A stretch of 64,000 nucleotides of DNA from the NCBI GenBank assembly GCA_977017575.1, contig CDRNVI010000156.1, forward strand, positions 310,001 to 374,000. Direction: 5' to 3'. Position 1 is the first letter of the stretch. Every line of letters begins with the position of its first letter. A program made the position numbers and the translations under genes. Under the pieces are notes generated by a model. The model saw only the letters and a program-made list of their open reading frames with translations, searched no databases and was not told the origin of the DNA. Shown here in pieces: positions 24,396 through 36,562 of this stretch. Origin of the DNA: Paramoeba atlantica. Its lineage: Eukaryota; Protista; Discosea.

Positions 24396-24629
24396 ATGAA
24401 GAACAAAAAGAAATAGGAATTGTCAAATTTACTTTCCTGAACCTGATTTTTTTAAAAGCACTGCTGCAAAAGAGAAAAAAAAGAAAAGAGGAAGGTTGTG
24501 ATTTCATTATAATTTTTTGGAGTTTTTTTCTTCTAATCAGTTTGTTTGTTTTCACTTTTTTGTGATTTTGTGGGATAACACAGAAAATGATATTAGAGAA
24601 ATAGAGATTTCCCCTCCCCCATTTTCTGA

Positions 24630-25554
24630 TTATTTGGGAAGATCAAGTTCTTTTCCATACCATCGGCTGTAAATTGGAAACTTTAGTTTTTTTCATTTGT
24701 TTTTGGAACCAAAAAAAATCTTTCTTCAAAAAAAATGCAGAAACCTTTGTAAATAATAATAAAAGAAATCAAGATAGATCAACGTTTGAATTACACCACA
24801 GATCCAAACAATCCAGTTGGTATAGTTATCCTCAGTTATCCAACGTGAGATCCAATTGAGAATATAAAGAGCACGATAAGCTCCCAATAAGAAGACATAG
24901 TCTGCTGTCATGACATCGATTTTGCTGCATCTTCTCAGAAGAAATAATTGAGGAAGAATCGCTACTGCTTCCAAAAGGATTGAAAAAGTCCATGAAACCT
25001 TTTTTTTTTTTTGAAAAAGAGAAGGAATGATTTAAAAAAACAGCTGCTTGTTTCTTCAAAATTTGTTGTTGTTTTTTTTGCAAGAAAAAAAAGAAAGGGA
25101 AGAAAAGGGGATCAAAAAAAAAATAAAAAACCTCAAAAAGAGAGAAATAATCAAGATTGAGTAAAATCGCCACTACAAGACATGGACCAATCAAAAACAA
25201 GATTCGAAAGTTATCATGAGCCGCATGTTGTCGATAGGAAGTTTGATATTTGAAAACAATCAAATATAAAGTCAAAAAGGAAGTAGCGAGAAACAAGATT
25301 TTCATGACAACATTGTACATGGAATTAAAATTCCAGAGCAAATCCAAGTATCGACAAGCGAAGACAAGACAATATAATTGTTGTGTTTTTGCAGAAATTC
25401 CTATTTCGTTTGATTAAAACCCCTTTAACAAAAAAAAAAACGAATAAAAACACCAACCACTGACAGAACTTTTCGTGTGAATTTTAAAAATGAGGAGAAT
25501 AATGCTGCAAAGGTGAATAAAATCACCAGACAATCGAAAAATATTGAAGATCAT
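24630..25554 (-). CDS. ERD2: KDEL receptor / ER lumen protein-retaining receptor
   Basis: MIFNIFRLSGDFIHLCS; ISLKTQQLY..RYLDL; WTFSILLEAVAILPQL; LGAYRALYILNW; QTLIYLDFFYYY. Last exon SRWYGKELDLPK*. Confidence 0.95.
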
Positions 25555-26184
25555 CTTGTGTTGTGTGTTGTGTTCTTTCTTTCTTTCTTTTGGTTTTTGG
25601 AGCCCAGAAACGCCACGTCGCCAAACCCTCAAAAAAGAAAAAAAAACCTCAGAAAAAAACAGCCAAAGAAATCTTTTCAGAATCTTTAACTCTCACTATG
25701 TATGGAATCGATTCGTACCTCTCCATAAAAATTGTACCTAAAAGATTCCTACTGAAAAGGGAGGTATGGACTGGAGGTTTGTCTCTCTTTTTCTTTTTTA
25801 GATCAAAAAAACTTGCGGCATGCCACAGAGCGCTTCTATCTTCGTCCACTGAAAATGAAGGTGTGAGGTAGTCTTTGTCCAGTTGCTTGCATAGAAACCA
25901 TGGTACCCAAGAATGATTCCTTGATCAAGATTTTTTGCTTGTTTGAGATATTTTTGGTACCAAAAAATTCATATCCATTGTTTAACAACACAACCAATTT
26001 GTTTCACCGAAGGTGTGAAACTTTTGTTGGGAAGATTTGATCTGTTCTTCCATGACATACAGAACGCACCAAGATTTAAAACAAGATTTGTGTCTTTAAC
26101 TTTTTATTCAATAAACCTTTTCATTCCAAAGTTTTTGTCTTTTTTTTTTTCGTTCCGTCCCGTTCCTTCCTTCCTTCCTCGACA

Positions 26185-26563
26185 ATGGCGTCCCAGTGGG
26201 TTGGGGAAGAAAAACATCATCAAGGATTTCCAGAACAACATCACTTCCAAACCCAACATCACCAAGTTCCTCGTCATCAACAAGACCAACGACAACAACG
26301 ACATCCACCAGAACATCATCACCCACAACATCAACACCAAAACCACCAACAACACCCCCAAAACCTGCAACCCCAAACCCAACAACACCAACATCGACAA
26401 CATCATCAACAACACGTTCAAGAGCAGCATCACCAGCATCAACATGATTCACAGAACGGACACTTTCAATACCAAGAGACAACAAAAGCATCATCTTCTT
26501 CTTCTGGTGTTTCTCGTTCTCGCCATGATCCGAGGATTCCAATAGCTGAATCTGGATCCCTGC

Positions 26564-26600
<37 letters not shown>

Positions 26601-28756
26601 TCTTTCTTCTTCTTCAACCTCAAATCGTTCCAACTTTTCACCGACAAAGAGTCAACCGCCCACACAACATGTTCCCCAACCACCCCCAGCAACAAAGCCA
26701 GAGACACAAGCACCACCAACACAACGAAAAGATTGTGCGGATTGTCTTCGTTTGAAAGAAGAGATCAAAAGGAAAGAGAAAACAAAAGTTCATCTCCATA
26801 AAGCTGCCCAAGAAAAAGACAAACTCCTCTTCAAAGAAAAGAAAAGATCCCAAACACTCGAAAAAGAGATGTTGGAGATGAAAGGGAAGTTGGAGGAGAT
26901 TGAAAGGAGAGAGATGATGTTAGCTGAGTGTTTGATTGCTCGTGACCATCAAGTGAAATCGTTGAAAATGAATGTTGCTTCTTTGAAAAAGAGGTTCTTC
27001 TCTTCTTTTCTTTTGTTCTTTTTTTGTTTCCATTTTATCTTCTTCTTCATTGTTTATCTTGAATTTCATTTTGTCTTCCTTATTACTCTTTTTATCACAC
27101 AATCTTATTTTTTTTTCTTTTAAAAGGGACCACAGAAAGGAAACCGAGATGAGTTTTGTGGATCCGATCATCAACATCAATTATCAAAAGAAAATGAAAG
27201 AGTTACAACTTTATCGAGATGCTCTTCGAGCTTCGCAGGACGAACTCACTGCTGTTCAGTTTACTCCTTATAGTTTGACAGGTTTTTCTTTTCTCTCTCC
27301 CTCTCTCTTTTTGTGCAAACTCAAGAACACAAAAAAAAATTAGATGAATTATTTCTTGTCTAACATCATGCTTTCCTGTTCAGGTAAAAAGTTGGTCTCG
27401 AGATGTAAAATGTTATTGGAAGAAAATGAACAACTTGGCAGGATTCTTTCGTCAGGAAATGTTCACAGGTTTTTTCTTCCTTTCCTATCTTTTTTTTAAC
27501 CTCAATAATTCAAAGAATAACCAAAAAAAAAATTTAGCTTACAGTGTGATGTTGCGTTACAATTTGAATACATCGAAACACTTAAAAAGACTCTTCAAGA
27601 GAGTGGCGCATTTTCAAAATCGCTTCTGAATGAGATTGAGATGATGCAAAACGTGATATTAATGCTCGTCTCTGTCTTTCCTGCAGAAAAAAAAGATCTT
27701 GTGGCAACCCTTCTCAGTCGATTGGATTCAATCGAAGAGGCGCCCCAAGAACAATCTTCGACCGAAAAAACAAACCAACAGCAACAAGATCAAGAACAAC
27801 CAGTCCACCCAAACAAAAAAAGAAAGATTCGCTCAGACGATAGCAACCCGTTTTCATTCTTCCCACGTTTGGCAGGAAGTGAAGAGGAATCGAACAAGGG
27901 AGAGATTGATGCCTTTCAAGAGGAATTTATGTCGGCTCTTCGAAGTATTCTCTCGACAAATCCGTCTTTTTTCGCGTTACCAACTCCTGATGTCCCCATA
28001 GTTCCTCCACAACAACCACTCCACCAAACTTCTCAACCACCTTTCTTTCCACACCAACAACCACCTCACCACCCTGGGTCTTTCTATCCTGGAGAATTTC
28101 CTGGATATCCAATGATTGGTGGTCCTTTTCCTGACTTTTCTCGGATGCCGCATCCATTTGAGGAGTGGAATCAGCCACAACCCGGTGGGAATGACTTTGC
28201 ACAACCAACAAATGTAGGTGGAGGAGGAGGAGGGAGTAGGGGACGGTCAAGAGGAGGGAGAAGAAGGGGGGGAGGGAGAGGAAGAGGTGGAGGGAGAGTT
28301 GGAGAAGGAGGCGGAAGAGGGGATGGAGGAGGAGGAAGAGGAGATGGGGGAAGGGGAGGAGGTGGTGGGAGAGATGGGGGAGAGATGGATTTTCGCCCTT
28401 CTTCGCCTCCTCCTCGATATTCTTCTCCTCAATCAGGACCTCCTCCTCATCCAATTCAAACACGATATATGTCTCCCCTTATGCAACAACAAACACAACC
28501 CCATCCATCACAAACATTCCAATCTTTTCGTTTTGGGTCACCTGGACACGGTTCTCCTCCAACTGGTGGTATTCGACATCTGTCTCCACCACCTTCAGGA
28601 AGGTATGTCTCTCCTTCTCGTCAAATGAGAGGGTTTTCACCCGGATTTTCTCCTTCTTTTGAAAGAGACCAACAGCAATATGGGGGACGTCCTCCTGCAC
28701 AGCAACATTTTCCTCCTCCCTTTACTCGATATGAAGACCGTGGTGAACAACATTAA
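26185..28756 (+). CDS. WTAP: WTAP/Fl(2)d/FIP37 m6A-writer adaptor with Q/H-rich N-terminus and RGG/Pro-rich C-terminus
   Basis: FVDPIININYQKKMKEL..SQDELTAVQFTPYSLTGKKLVSRCKMLLEENEQLGRILSSG..LQ..EIEMMQNVIL matches the WTAP core. Confidence 0.88.
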
Positions 28757-28982
28757 AAGAAAACATTTAATATCTAAAAAAAAATTATCTGATTGTTAAT
28801 GTAAAAAATAAGACAAAAAAACACCACAAACATCAAAAAAAAAAAAATTTCAAGAATAAATATTTTATTCTTGTTTAGTTCCACTGTTTGTGTGGTATAG
28901 TAAATTGTGTTTGTTTAGTTTCACAGATGGAAGGGGGGAAGGTTTTTGATACGATTAGGAAAAAATATTTTTGGAAGTTTTC

Positions 28983-31222
28983 TTATAACAACACAACATT
29001 CCACACAAAAGCAGAAAAGGACAAGAAGAGAGATATGAAGAGAGAAGAGCCAGCAGCAAATTCAGGGAGTTCTGCTTGGCTGTATTGAAGAGACCATGTT
29101 CCGAGTGAATAAGTTCCTTGTCCTCTGATTCCATTATATCTGGAAAATAGTAAAATTAGAGAGAAAAAAAAAAGGGGAAAAAACTAGACAAAAAAAAAGT
29201 GAAAAGCAAACTCTCCACTCCCACCACCAATGGTGACTCCATAACTCTCAGGTTCATTGAGATTAATTGTTCCAAAAACGGACACTGTGTGAAAGGTTAT
29301 TGTTAATATAAAACGAATAAGAAAAGGGGGGAGGAGAGGAAAAGGGAAACAAGTATTGTTGAGATCAGGAAGGAGGAAAGTCCATGAGCAGAATGTATCC
29401 GTAGCATTTTGATTTGAAGGAAGATTATAACACACTCCTGTGAACGAAAGGATGTTGTTTTTAAAAAAAAAGATAAAAGAACAAAATTTAACAAAATAAT
29501 AATAATAAATTAACCATGAATCTCGCCCGTGGTGTTATCCATGTTCACATCAACAATATCAGACCATAAGATGATTGTTCCTCTAGTATCACAAAAAAAA
29601 TGGTTATTTTAAAACAAAGAAGAAAATGAAAGAAAATCACAAACACTGCAGAAGGACCATCAGGAAGATAAACAAGAGAAGGGGAATTTTCTTTCAGAAC
29701 TAATTCTGTAGCATTTCGTTGACATCCATAGAACAATTCCATGTCAAAGAAAAGAACCTATGAAGAAAAATATTCAGTTTATCCTTTCCATAAAAACTTT
29801 TTTGATCAGAAAAATAAATGAATCAAAAGATAACTGGTAAATCAGTTGTAATAAAAGTCGCTTCACCACCTCCCCGAACGCGTTCCCAAAATCCTGTCCC
29901 ACCAACAATCGACACTGGGGAAGAAAGAGAAGAAAAGAGAAGAGAAACACAGGGAGAAAGAAAGTTAGGATCAAAAACAAAAGAAAAAAGATCGAAAAGA
30001 ACAAAAAGAAAATACCATAGGACCCTTTATCAAAGTAATCATAAACAGTTCCTTGCATAAAAACCAAATCATTCTTATCACTCATCTCAACAACCCACTG
30101 ACAAAACTGACGAGGTTTCTCTTTGTTTGTTACTGGGATCAAAATACATCGCCCATTGTCCATACCAAGAAAAAAATTGTTGATATCTGATGTGAGAAGT
30201 CCTTCAAATAAACCTAAAAAGAGAAAGAGACAAGGAGTTTCATGAGATAAAAGAAGCTTTTTTGTGGGGGGAGGAGAGAAGAGGAGAAAAAAAAAAAACA
30301 AAAAAACAAAACTGATTGTTCCAGGAGAATCAATTTCCCCATCAAATTCACGAATGGATTCTTCTTGTTGAAAGACAAGTTGTCCACCATTACAATCTTC
30401 AGTACTCAAACACATGGTAAACGTCCATGTTCGCCCCTTTCCTTTATTTGATGGATAAACAAATGTTGAACCAATGAGCCCTCTCCAGAGCCCCGTTCCT
30501 CCTGAGAGTCCAAGTGTTGACTATTATAAAAAAGAAAGAAAAAGTGAATATGTTGATTGATAAAAGAGAGAGAAGAGAATTAAAAAAGAAAAAAGAAAAA
30601 CAAACATTGTAAAGAGTGGATGTGAGTCCAGAGACAACAAAAGTATCCCGATCACTGTTTGATGTGAGGCTGAGAATAAGTTCAATTTGGTGACAAAAAA
30701 AGAAAAGATCATTTTTTTCAAAGAAAAAGAAAAGAAAAGAAAAGAGAAACTCATTGACACGAAAGTTTAAATCACACTGAGAAAGAGAAGTGTCCTCCAA
30801 GACAACACACAATCCTTCAATCTTCCCAATATTGAAAACTTTGTCTGTACTTGAATACACATTTCGAAAGAATGTGTAAATATCTCCAGGGCAATACTAA
30901 AAAAAACAAACAAACACAAATAAAAGAATCAATTTAATCTCCAAAAAAAAAAAAGAAAAAAGAAAAGAAAAAAGAAAATTGGTTTTACCACAGAAGTACA
31001 AGATGAATTCTCATGTCGAATAATTGTTTGAATAGGTTCACCATCTTTAAAAACATCTTCATAAAGAGAAAAAGTTGCTTCCGAACCAGATTGACAATCA
31101 CCATTGATATCCTCCTCACCATCATCATCCCCCGCCACCATCCCCCCAAAAAACAAAGAAAAAGAAAGAAAGAAGAGAAAGAGAAGTTTGGATTTCTGAT
31201 GACAAAGAGTTCCAACCTTCAT
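28983..31222 (-). CDS. Secreted, probably GPI-anchored protein with three tandem allene-oxide-cyclase/dirigent-like barrel repeats
   Basis: Signal peptide MKVGTLCHQKSKLLFLFFLSFSLFFGGMVAG. Repeats carry PGDIYTF..IGKIEGLCVV..LSGGTGLWRG, GRCIL..IVGGTGFWER and GVCY..TIGGGSGRYNG. Hydrophobic C-terminus ..SLFLSFSAFVWNVVLL*. Confidence 0.6.
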
Positions 31223-31477
31223 CCTTCGAGAGAGAGAGAGAAAGAGAAAGTGAGAGGCGAGGTTTGGTGAAAGAAGAAAAACACGAAAAAACCCTCCGCA
31301 GTTTAGAGTTCTAAAAAAGCCCACTCCAAAGGTTTGTTTTGTGTTGTCGGTTTGCCAAAAGATTTGACACAGAGAGAGAGAGGCTCGTTTGTTTTGGGGG
31401 AGAGGGAGATATTTGAGAATTGAGGAACAGATTTTTGAAAGATTTTTTTGAAATAAAAAAAGTTTTAGTTTTTTTGT

Positions 31478-32596
31478 TCAAAGTAAGTCGATCTTTTCAC
31501 CAAACTCATTGAACACTGGCAATTCAGCATCAGCAGTAACAGGCCCAGGTCGTTCAACTCCCAACCTGCCATAATAATTACTTCGAAGATTATGGACAGT
31601 TTTTGGTTTATATTGTGGAGGCGGTGGAACATCTTCAACATCATATTCCTCTTGCTGGGGATCTTGACCATACATGAAGAATTGGACCCAGACCAGCAAA
31701 TCAAAACCAAGAGTTCCGACACTTCCAACAAGATATGGAAGAGAGTTCAAAAGATAACTTTTTTCTGTACTCTCTAATAAGATACTGGATGAATAGGTCA
31801 GATTTCCGCAAACTGTCAACACAAACATCCCAAAACTCAAGCCTTCTGTACTTTTTCTTCTGAAATTCTTATAGATCTGAGGAAGTCTCGATGAAAGATA
31901 AAGAGTTGCGCTTGTCCATGCGAAAGTAATACCAAGGATCTCGAGTTCTCTGCTCTCAGAAGAACCTGTATTGCAAGGATCATCACCATCTCCTGTGGAA
32001 GAAGATCTTGCGGAAGCGATTATCGTGAGTGTCATAGAAGCAGCTTCAGCTCCTTTTTGAATCATTGTTCCAACAACTGCTGTTCCAAGCGCGCTTTGTG
32101 AAGTCGTAAGGGGTGGGTGGACATGAGGTTCCTCAACTTGGAGGGTTGCGTATTTCCTTTTCGAATCTCGAACCTTGTAATAAAGAATTTGGGAAACCAT
32201 CACCGCATCAATCAAAATATAATATCCTGCAAGCGCTGTTTGGGTGAGGAGCTGGTGTGTAAGAATACATCCAAGGAAGTTTGTTAAATCTCCAAGAACC
32301 CAACACATGATGAAAGCAAATGCGATCGCTTCGGCTGTTGAGTTCTTCCAGTTTTTATAAATTTGTGGCGCAGTCACAAATATCCAACATGCAATAGACG
32401 CACCACCAGCGATTCGACTCGCGATTTGTCTTGGTGTCAGCGGTTCTTTGGTCGGTGTTGGGCATGGTGCTGGTCCTGGTGATGGGGAAGGTGGTGGAGA
32501 CGGAGATGGGACCGGAGTTTCTCCACATTGGACACTCGTTGGGTTTAAGAAAAGAAAGAAAACAAGAAAAAAGACAAACAAACGAATCGAATACAT
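31478..32596 (-). CDS. PQ-loop lysosomal amino-acid transporter (PQLC2/Ypq-like), intronless, with signal peptide and C-terminal dileucine EKIDLL
   Basis: Two PQ loops (TAPQIYKNWK; SRLPQIYKNFRRKSTEGLS) and WVLGDLTNFLG. Confidence 0.9.
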   Translation of the reverse strand: MYSIRLFVFFLVFFLFLNPTSVQCGETPVPSPSPPPSPSPGPAPCPTPTKEPLTPRQIASRIAGGASIACWIFVTAPQIYKNWKNSTAEAIAFAFIMCWVLGDLTNFLGCILTHQLLTQTALAGYYILIDAVMVSQILYYKVRDSKRKYATLQVEEPHVHPPLTTSQSALGTAVVGTMIQKGAEAASMTLTIIASARSSSTGDGDDPCNTGSSESRELEILGITFAWTSATLYLSSRLPQIYKNFRRKSTEGLSFGMFVLTVCGNLTYSSSILLESTEKSYLLNSLPYLVGSVGTLGFDLLVWVQFFMYGQDPQQEEYDVEDVPPPPQYKPKTVHNLRSNYYGRLGVERPGPVTADAELPVFNEFGEKIDLL

Positions 32597-32737
32597 TTCT
32601 CTTCTCAGTCCCCACACACCGCTTTCTGCGCTCGCAAAACAAAAACCGGAAACAAAAAAACGAAAAAAACCAAAAAGAATTTTCTTGGTTGGATTGTTCC
32701 CAATCTTTAAATCCTTTTTCTCTGATTCTTCTTTGTA

Positions 32738-33369
32738 TGATGTTTACATACAAAAAAAAATCTTGATAATTTTTAACCATATAATTTGATTTTTGGTTGA
32801 GAAAAGCTCGAAGTTGGTTTTTTTCCTGTTTCACCCTTTTTTGTTTTGTTTTTTTGTTTTTTTCTTTTTGATGGAACTTTTGGTTGAATCACCAGACTAA
32901 TGGACACTCTTTTGACTGCTGTTTGGGAAGCAGTGACTTGGCCTTTCTCCTTTGGTTTTCTTGCGGTTCACAGAAAAGCAAATCTTTTAGGATGAATCGT
33001 GTGGTGGTTTTTAATTGACAACTTTTTTAGGTTGGGTTTCTCTTTGGGTCAATTCTCTTTTCAGTCCGATCTGTTGCAAAACTTGTTGGCTGGATTTATC
33101 TCGCAGGTTTTTTTGTTTTTTTTCTCTGGGTTGAGACTCCTTTTTTTGATGAATTTTTCTTTATCCCTAAAGGAACCATTGTCCGAATTCTGGTTGACTT
33201 TCTCTTCTGGGGTTTCATTCGATTTTTAAGAAAAATTGTTGATTTTAAACGAGTTCGTTAGTTTCGTATCTTTCTTTTGTTTTTTTGAAGGAGAAGAAAA
33301 GAACGAAAAGAAAAAGATCAAAGGAAATGTGCATTTTAGTGAATTCAGAAATGATGTTTTCATGTAAAT
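32738..33369 (+). repeat. Repeat R1: promoter and first four exons of the lipase gene (ATG 32900, exon 4 33291-33328), native position
   Basis: Near-identical to 36563-37198 and partly to 38870-39305. Splices to MDTLLTAVWEAVTWPFSFGFLA-VGFLFGS..YLA-GTIVRILVDF..DFKR-EKKRTKRKRSKE. Confidence 0.85.
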
Positions 33370-33435
33370 GTCAGAATGGTCGAGCGGGCTATGACGTGTG
33401 ACTCGAAATCACATCCTGGAAACGGGGCGCAGGTT
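33370..33435 (+). pseudogene. tRNA-Ser(CGA) 5' fragment (ends in T-loop at ..gcgcaggtt)
   Basis: Matches the full tRNA at 38694-38777 for 66 nt, then breaks into unrelated sequence. Confidence 0.92.
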
Positions 33436-33590
33436 ATGTTTGCTGCTTTCTGTTTTGGTGTTTGGTCTTGATCTTCTTGTTTTGGCTGAGCATCTTTTAT
33501 TTTTTATCTTTCAAAATTTTCCTTTCGGGAAATTTTTTTCAAGAGACACTCAGACTTTTTTTGACATTGATTTTATCTTTATTCATCAGG

Positions 33591-35400
33591 ATGGTTGTGT
33601 CAGCGAAGAGAAAGCAACAACTGAAGGCAGCTGCTAGGGCAAGACAAAAGAAGAAAGAGATCATGGGGGTCCAAGGACAATCTTGTGGGAAGAAACCAAT
33701 CCCCTTACTTTCTGAATGGGCTACAATTTGAGGGGAGGAAACAGCAACAAGAGAACGACGAAAGGCAAAAAAACTTGAAGAAAGAAATGAACCTGAGGTG
33801 ATCAAAAATGATGATGCAATGCGTGATGTTAATAAGGTTGATGATGATCCTGTGATGATTGGTGTTCGGGGGAAAAGCCAGAAACAAACAGGACGACCTC
33901 GAAAAGAAATTGGAACCTTGAGTGTCTCTCGCCGAAAACAGCTTGCTCAACAAAAAGGTAATCAAATAGATGCCCTTTTGAATGAACATATTGCTCCTCT
34001 GATCAGAGATGATGGAATTACACAAACTCTTGAGTTTCAATACCGGTGGACAAGTGAACTCACTGGTGAACAAATTGTGAGGGAGGTTGTTTGGGAACCA
34101 GAGATGAAACTCTTTCAATCTTTCCGCCCAAAGAAGAAGATTGATGTCCTATCTGTGCAACAGACAAGAAAATTCGTGGTTTAAAAGTTCTGTATGAATA
34201 TTCCTCCTCGCCAATGAGCCCACGGATGCTCCAAAACATCCTCCAGGCTGTTGGCTCTGACCTCAAGAGTAAGGGTTTGAAAGTTTTCATTTTTTTAAAA
34301 AAATATACTTCTATTTTATTATCAGGGGATGCTATGTGCAGCAGAAGTTGGCAAAAGAACTTGATGAATTGTTGGATCACCATATTCCAATTCAACAAGT
34401 GAAAGAAGGGGTTGATGCCCATTTTGTTGGTCCTGTGATTCTTCTCTCGATTGTGCTCCCTACGCTCAACCTTCCTCCTGGTGAGCCTGTTTGTGTTGTT
34501 TTTTCTGGAGATGGGCGAAAGCCTGGGAAGAACCACGGGGTTGTGTTGATACACTGAAAATTATTTTACAAGAAGGAAAAGAGAAAGTTTATCCGATTGC
34601 AATTGCTCGAGGGACAGAGGGGTACGAGAACTTGAAGCTTCTTTTTGATGTGTTATGAGATTCTTTAATTCAATTGAAGAGCAAAACATTTCCTGTGGAT
34701 TTGCAATCTCTGAAATGCTGGTTGTTGGTCTTTTCGAGTGATGGAAAATTTTTATTGACCTGTTTGGGGCTCTGTGTTGCAAATGGAAAATTCTCTTGTC
34801 CCTTTTGTTTTATTCCCAACTCTCATTGGACATGATGTTTATGAGGACAGTTGAAACCATGTAACTATTTGAGAAAGAATTTTAGTAATCTGAGTTCTTC
34901 CTCTACAACATGCCCTGTTCACAAGTGTTGTCCAGCTGCAAAGCATATGGTGTGAAGCGAAAAAATCTCCTCGATAGAATTTTTACCTTTGAGGATATTA
35001 TTTTGGATGAACTTCATCTTTTTCTCAGATTGTGGGACTTAATTCTTGATATTTTGCTGGGAAAAGTGGAAGTCTATGATCGAGAGGATACCAATAATTG
35101 TGGAGTCCATTGACAGGAGATAAAGCAAAAATTCTTTTGGGTGGTCTTGTGAAAAAAGGAAAGATTTGATGAAAACTCTCTTCTTGATTGATGGAGAAAG
35201 TGTCCACCTGCCTGAAAATGACAGGTTGAAGAATGAAGCTGGGCACCAGATACAATTTGATCGAATTTTTCCTTTGTTTAAAGGGTTGAGTGAAATTGTT
35301 GATTATTTACGGGATGGTCGGGGCAAACTGAAGGATCGAAGCGATTACAACGAGTGTGTGAAAAATTTCTTCAAGGTTTTGTCAATTGGGTGGGGGAGCA
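33591..35400 (+). pseudogene. Decayed RAG1/Transib-like DDE transposase (stops, frameshifts, truncated before the catalytic Glu)
   Basis: Ordered motifs: FSGDGRK (34501); YPIAIARGTEGYENLK; FSSDGKFLLTCLGLCVANGKFSCPFC (~34731); DELHLFLRLWD (~35004); WSPLTGDKAKILL (35101). N-terminal AT-hook-like TGRPRK. Confidence 0.72.
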
Positions 35401-35744
35401 CAATAATAAATAAAAAAAAATTTCAAAAAGGAAGAGCACGATTCAACCTGAACAAAAAAGTATTTGCCAATGATGGCCATGTTAATTAAACGAAAAGTTG
35501 GGAGTAAGACCTGTTGAAAAACTTTTGTTGAAAAATATACATACGAAAAAATTGTTTTGGAAACAATTCAGAGTTTCGAAAAAAAGTTCCCTCCTTCCAT
35601 TTTATTTCGGAAAAAGGAAAAGTGTTTTGTGGTTTTACAACACGAAAACAGCAGAGAACGGTCCGCACCGGCACACCCTCCCACACCACACGTGGTTGTG
35701 TTTTGGTGCCTTTTTTCGTTTTCCTTCCTCATTTTGAATTCAAA

Positions 35745-36200
35745 ATGTCAGCTGACCAACAACAAATTGCACTCCTTAGAGCAGAGATGAGAGAGATGAG
35801 AGAAGAGATTGCACAAAGGGAGGAACAGTTTAGAGAAGAGATTGCAAGAGAGAGAAGAGATGGGGAGGAAAGAGAGAGACAAAGGGAGGAACAGTTTAGA
35901 GAAGAGATTGCACAAAGGGGCGAAGAGTTTAGAAAAGAGATTGCACAAAGGGACGAACAGTTGAGAGAAGAGATTGCAGGACAGAAAAAGAAAGAAAATG
36001 ATGAAGAGAAACAATATTGTACGTCTTTCTCTCTCTTTTTTTCCCCTTTTATTCACACTCCTGTTTTTCTGAAGGCTTCAATTTGTTAATCAGATGATGC
36101 TGCTGCTTACTTTTCTGGACTTTTTTGTTTGCCCAATATTTGGGGCACCCCGTCCAATACCCATCAATCCTGTTTTTTCTCATTTTTTCAAATCTCCTTC
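35745..36200 (+). pseudogene. Gene fragment with EEQFREEIAQR coiled-coil repeats; no recognisable complete product
   Basis: MSADQQQIALLRAEMREMREEIAQREEQFREEIA.. followed by a GT-AG intron and a short continuation. Confidence 0.4.
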
Positions 36201-36562
36201 TTTTCCTTCTTTTTCTGGTCGGATCTAATTATTTTTTGTCTTTTTTTTATTTAAGGGCCATCTACCCCTCACTTTTTTCCGTCTTCCTCGCCTTCAAGTT
36301 CAAAAAAAAAACTTTGAATTATCTTTTCTTTGGATTGGGATTCCTGGTGGCTCTTTTTCTGGTTTGCAGAAAAGGTTCCAATATTCTTTCCAAGATTGAA
36401 ATGTGATAGACCAGACAGAGGAGTCTCTTTCCAGGGGAGATCCACTTCTTCTTCCCTCTTCCGTTTTCTTTCCCCACTCAAAAGTGGCCAACTTGTTTTT
36501 ACTAAAAATGGTTTTTAGCGGTTCCGGAAACAAATATTTGCACGACGAGAATTTTCTTGGTG

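Noticed and set aside
25690-26100. Possible small gene between ERD2 and WTAP
   Set aside because: No splice model on either strand gave a recognisable protein; left unannotated.
26104-28463. Long minus-strand Val/Leu- or Glu-rich ORFs
   Set aside because: They are antisense to low-complexity WTAP exons.
32900-33260. R repeats as a stand-alone ~100-aa membrane-protein gene in three copies with frameshifts
   Set aside because: The apparent frameshifts fall in a T-rich GT-AG intron, and the exons splice in frame to the lipase, so these are lipase 5' exons.
33436-35710. Transib TIRs or a Helitron 3' hairpin around the transposase relic
   Set aside because: Only weak hairpins were found (e.g. 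cacaccacacgtggttgtg near 35680), with no matching terminal pair, TSD or CTRR end.
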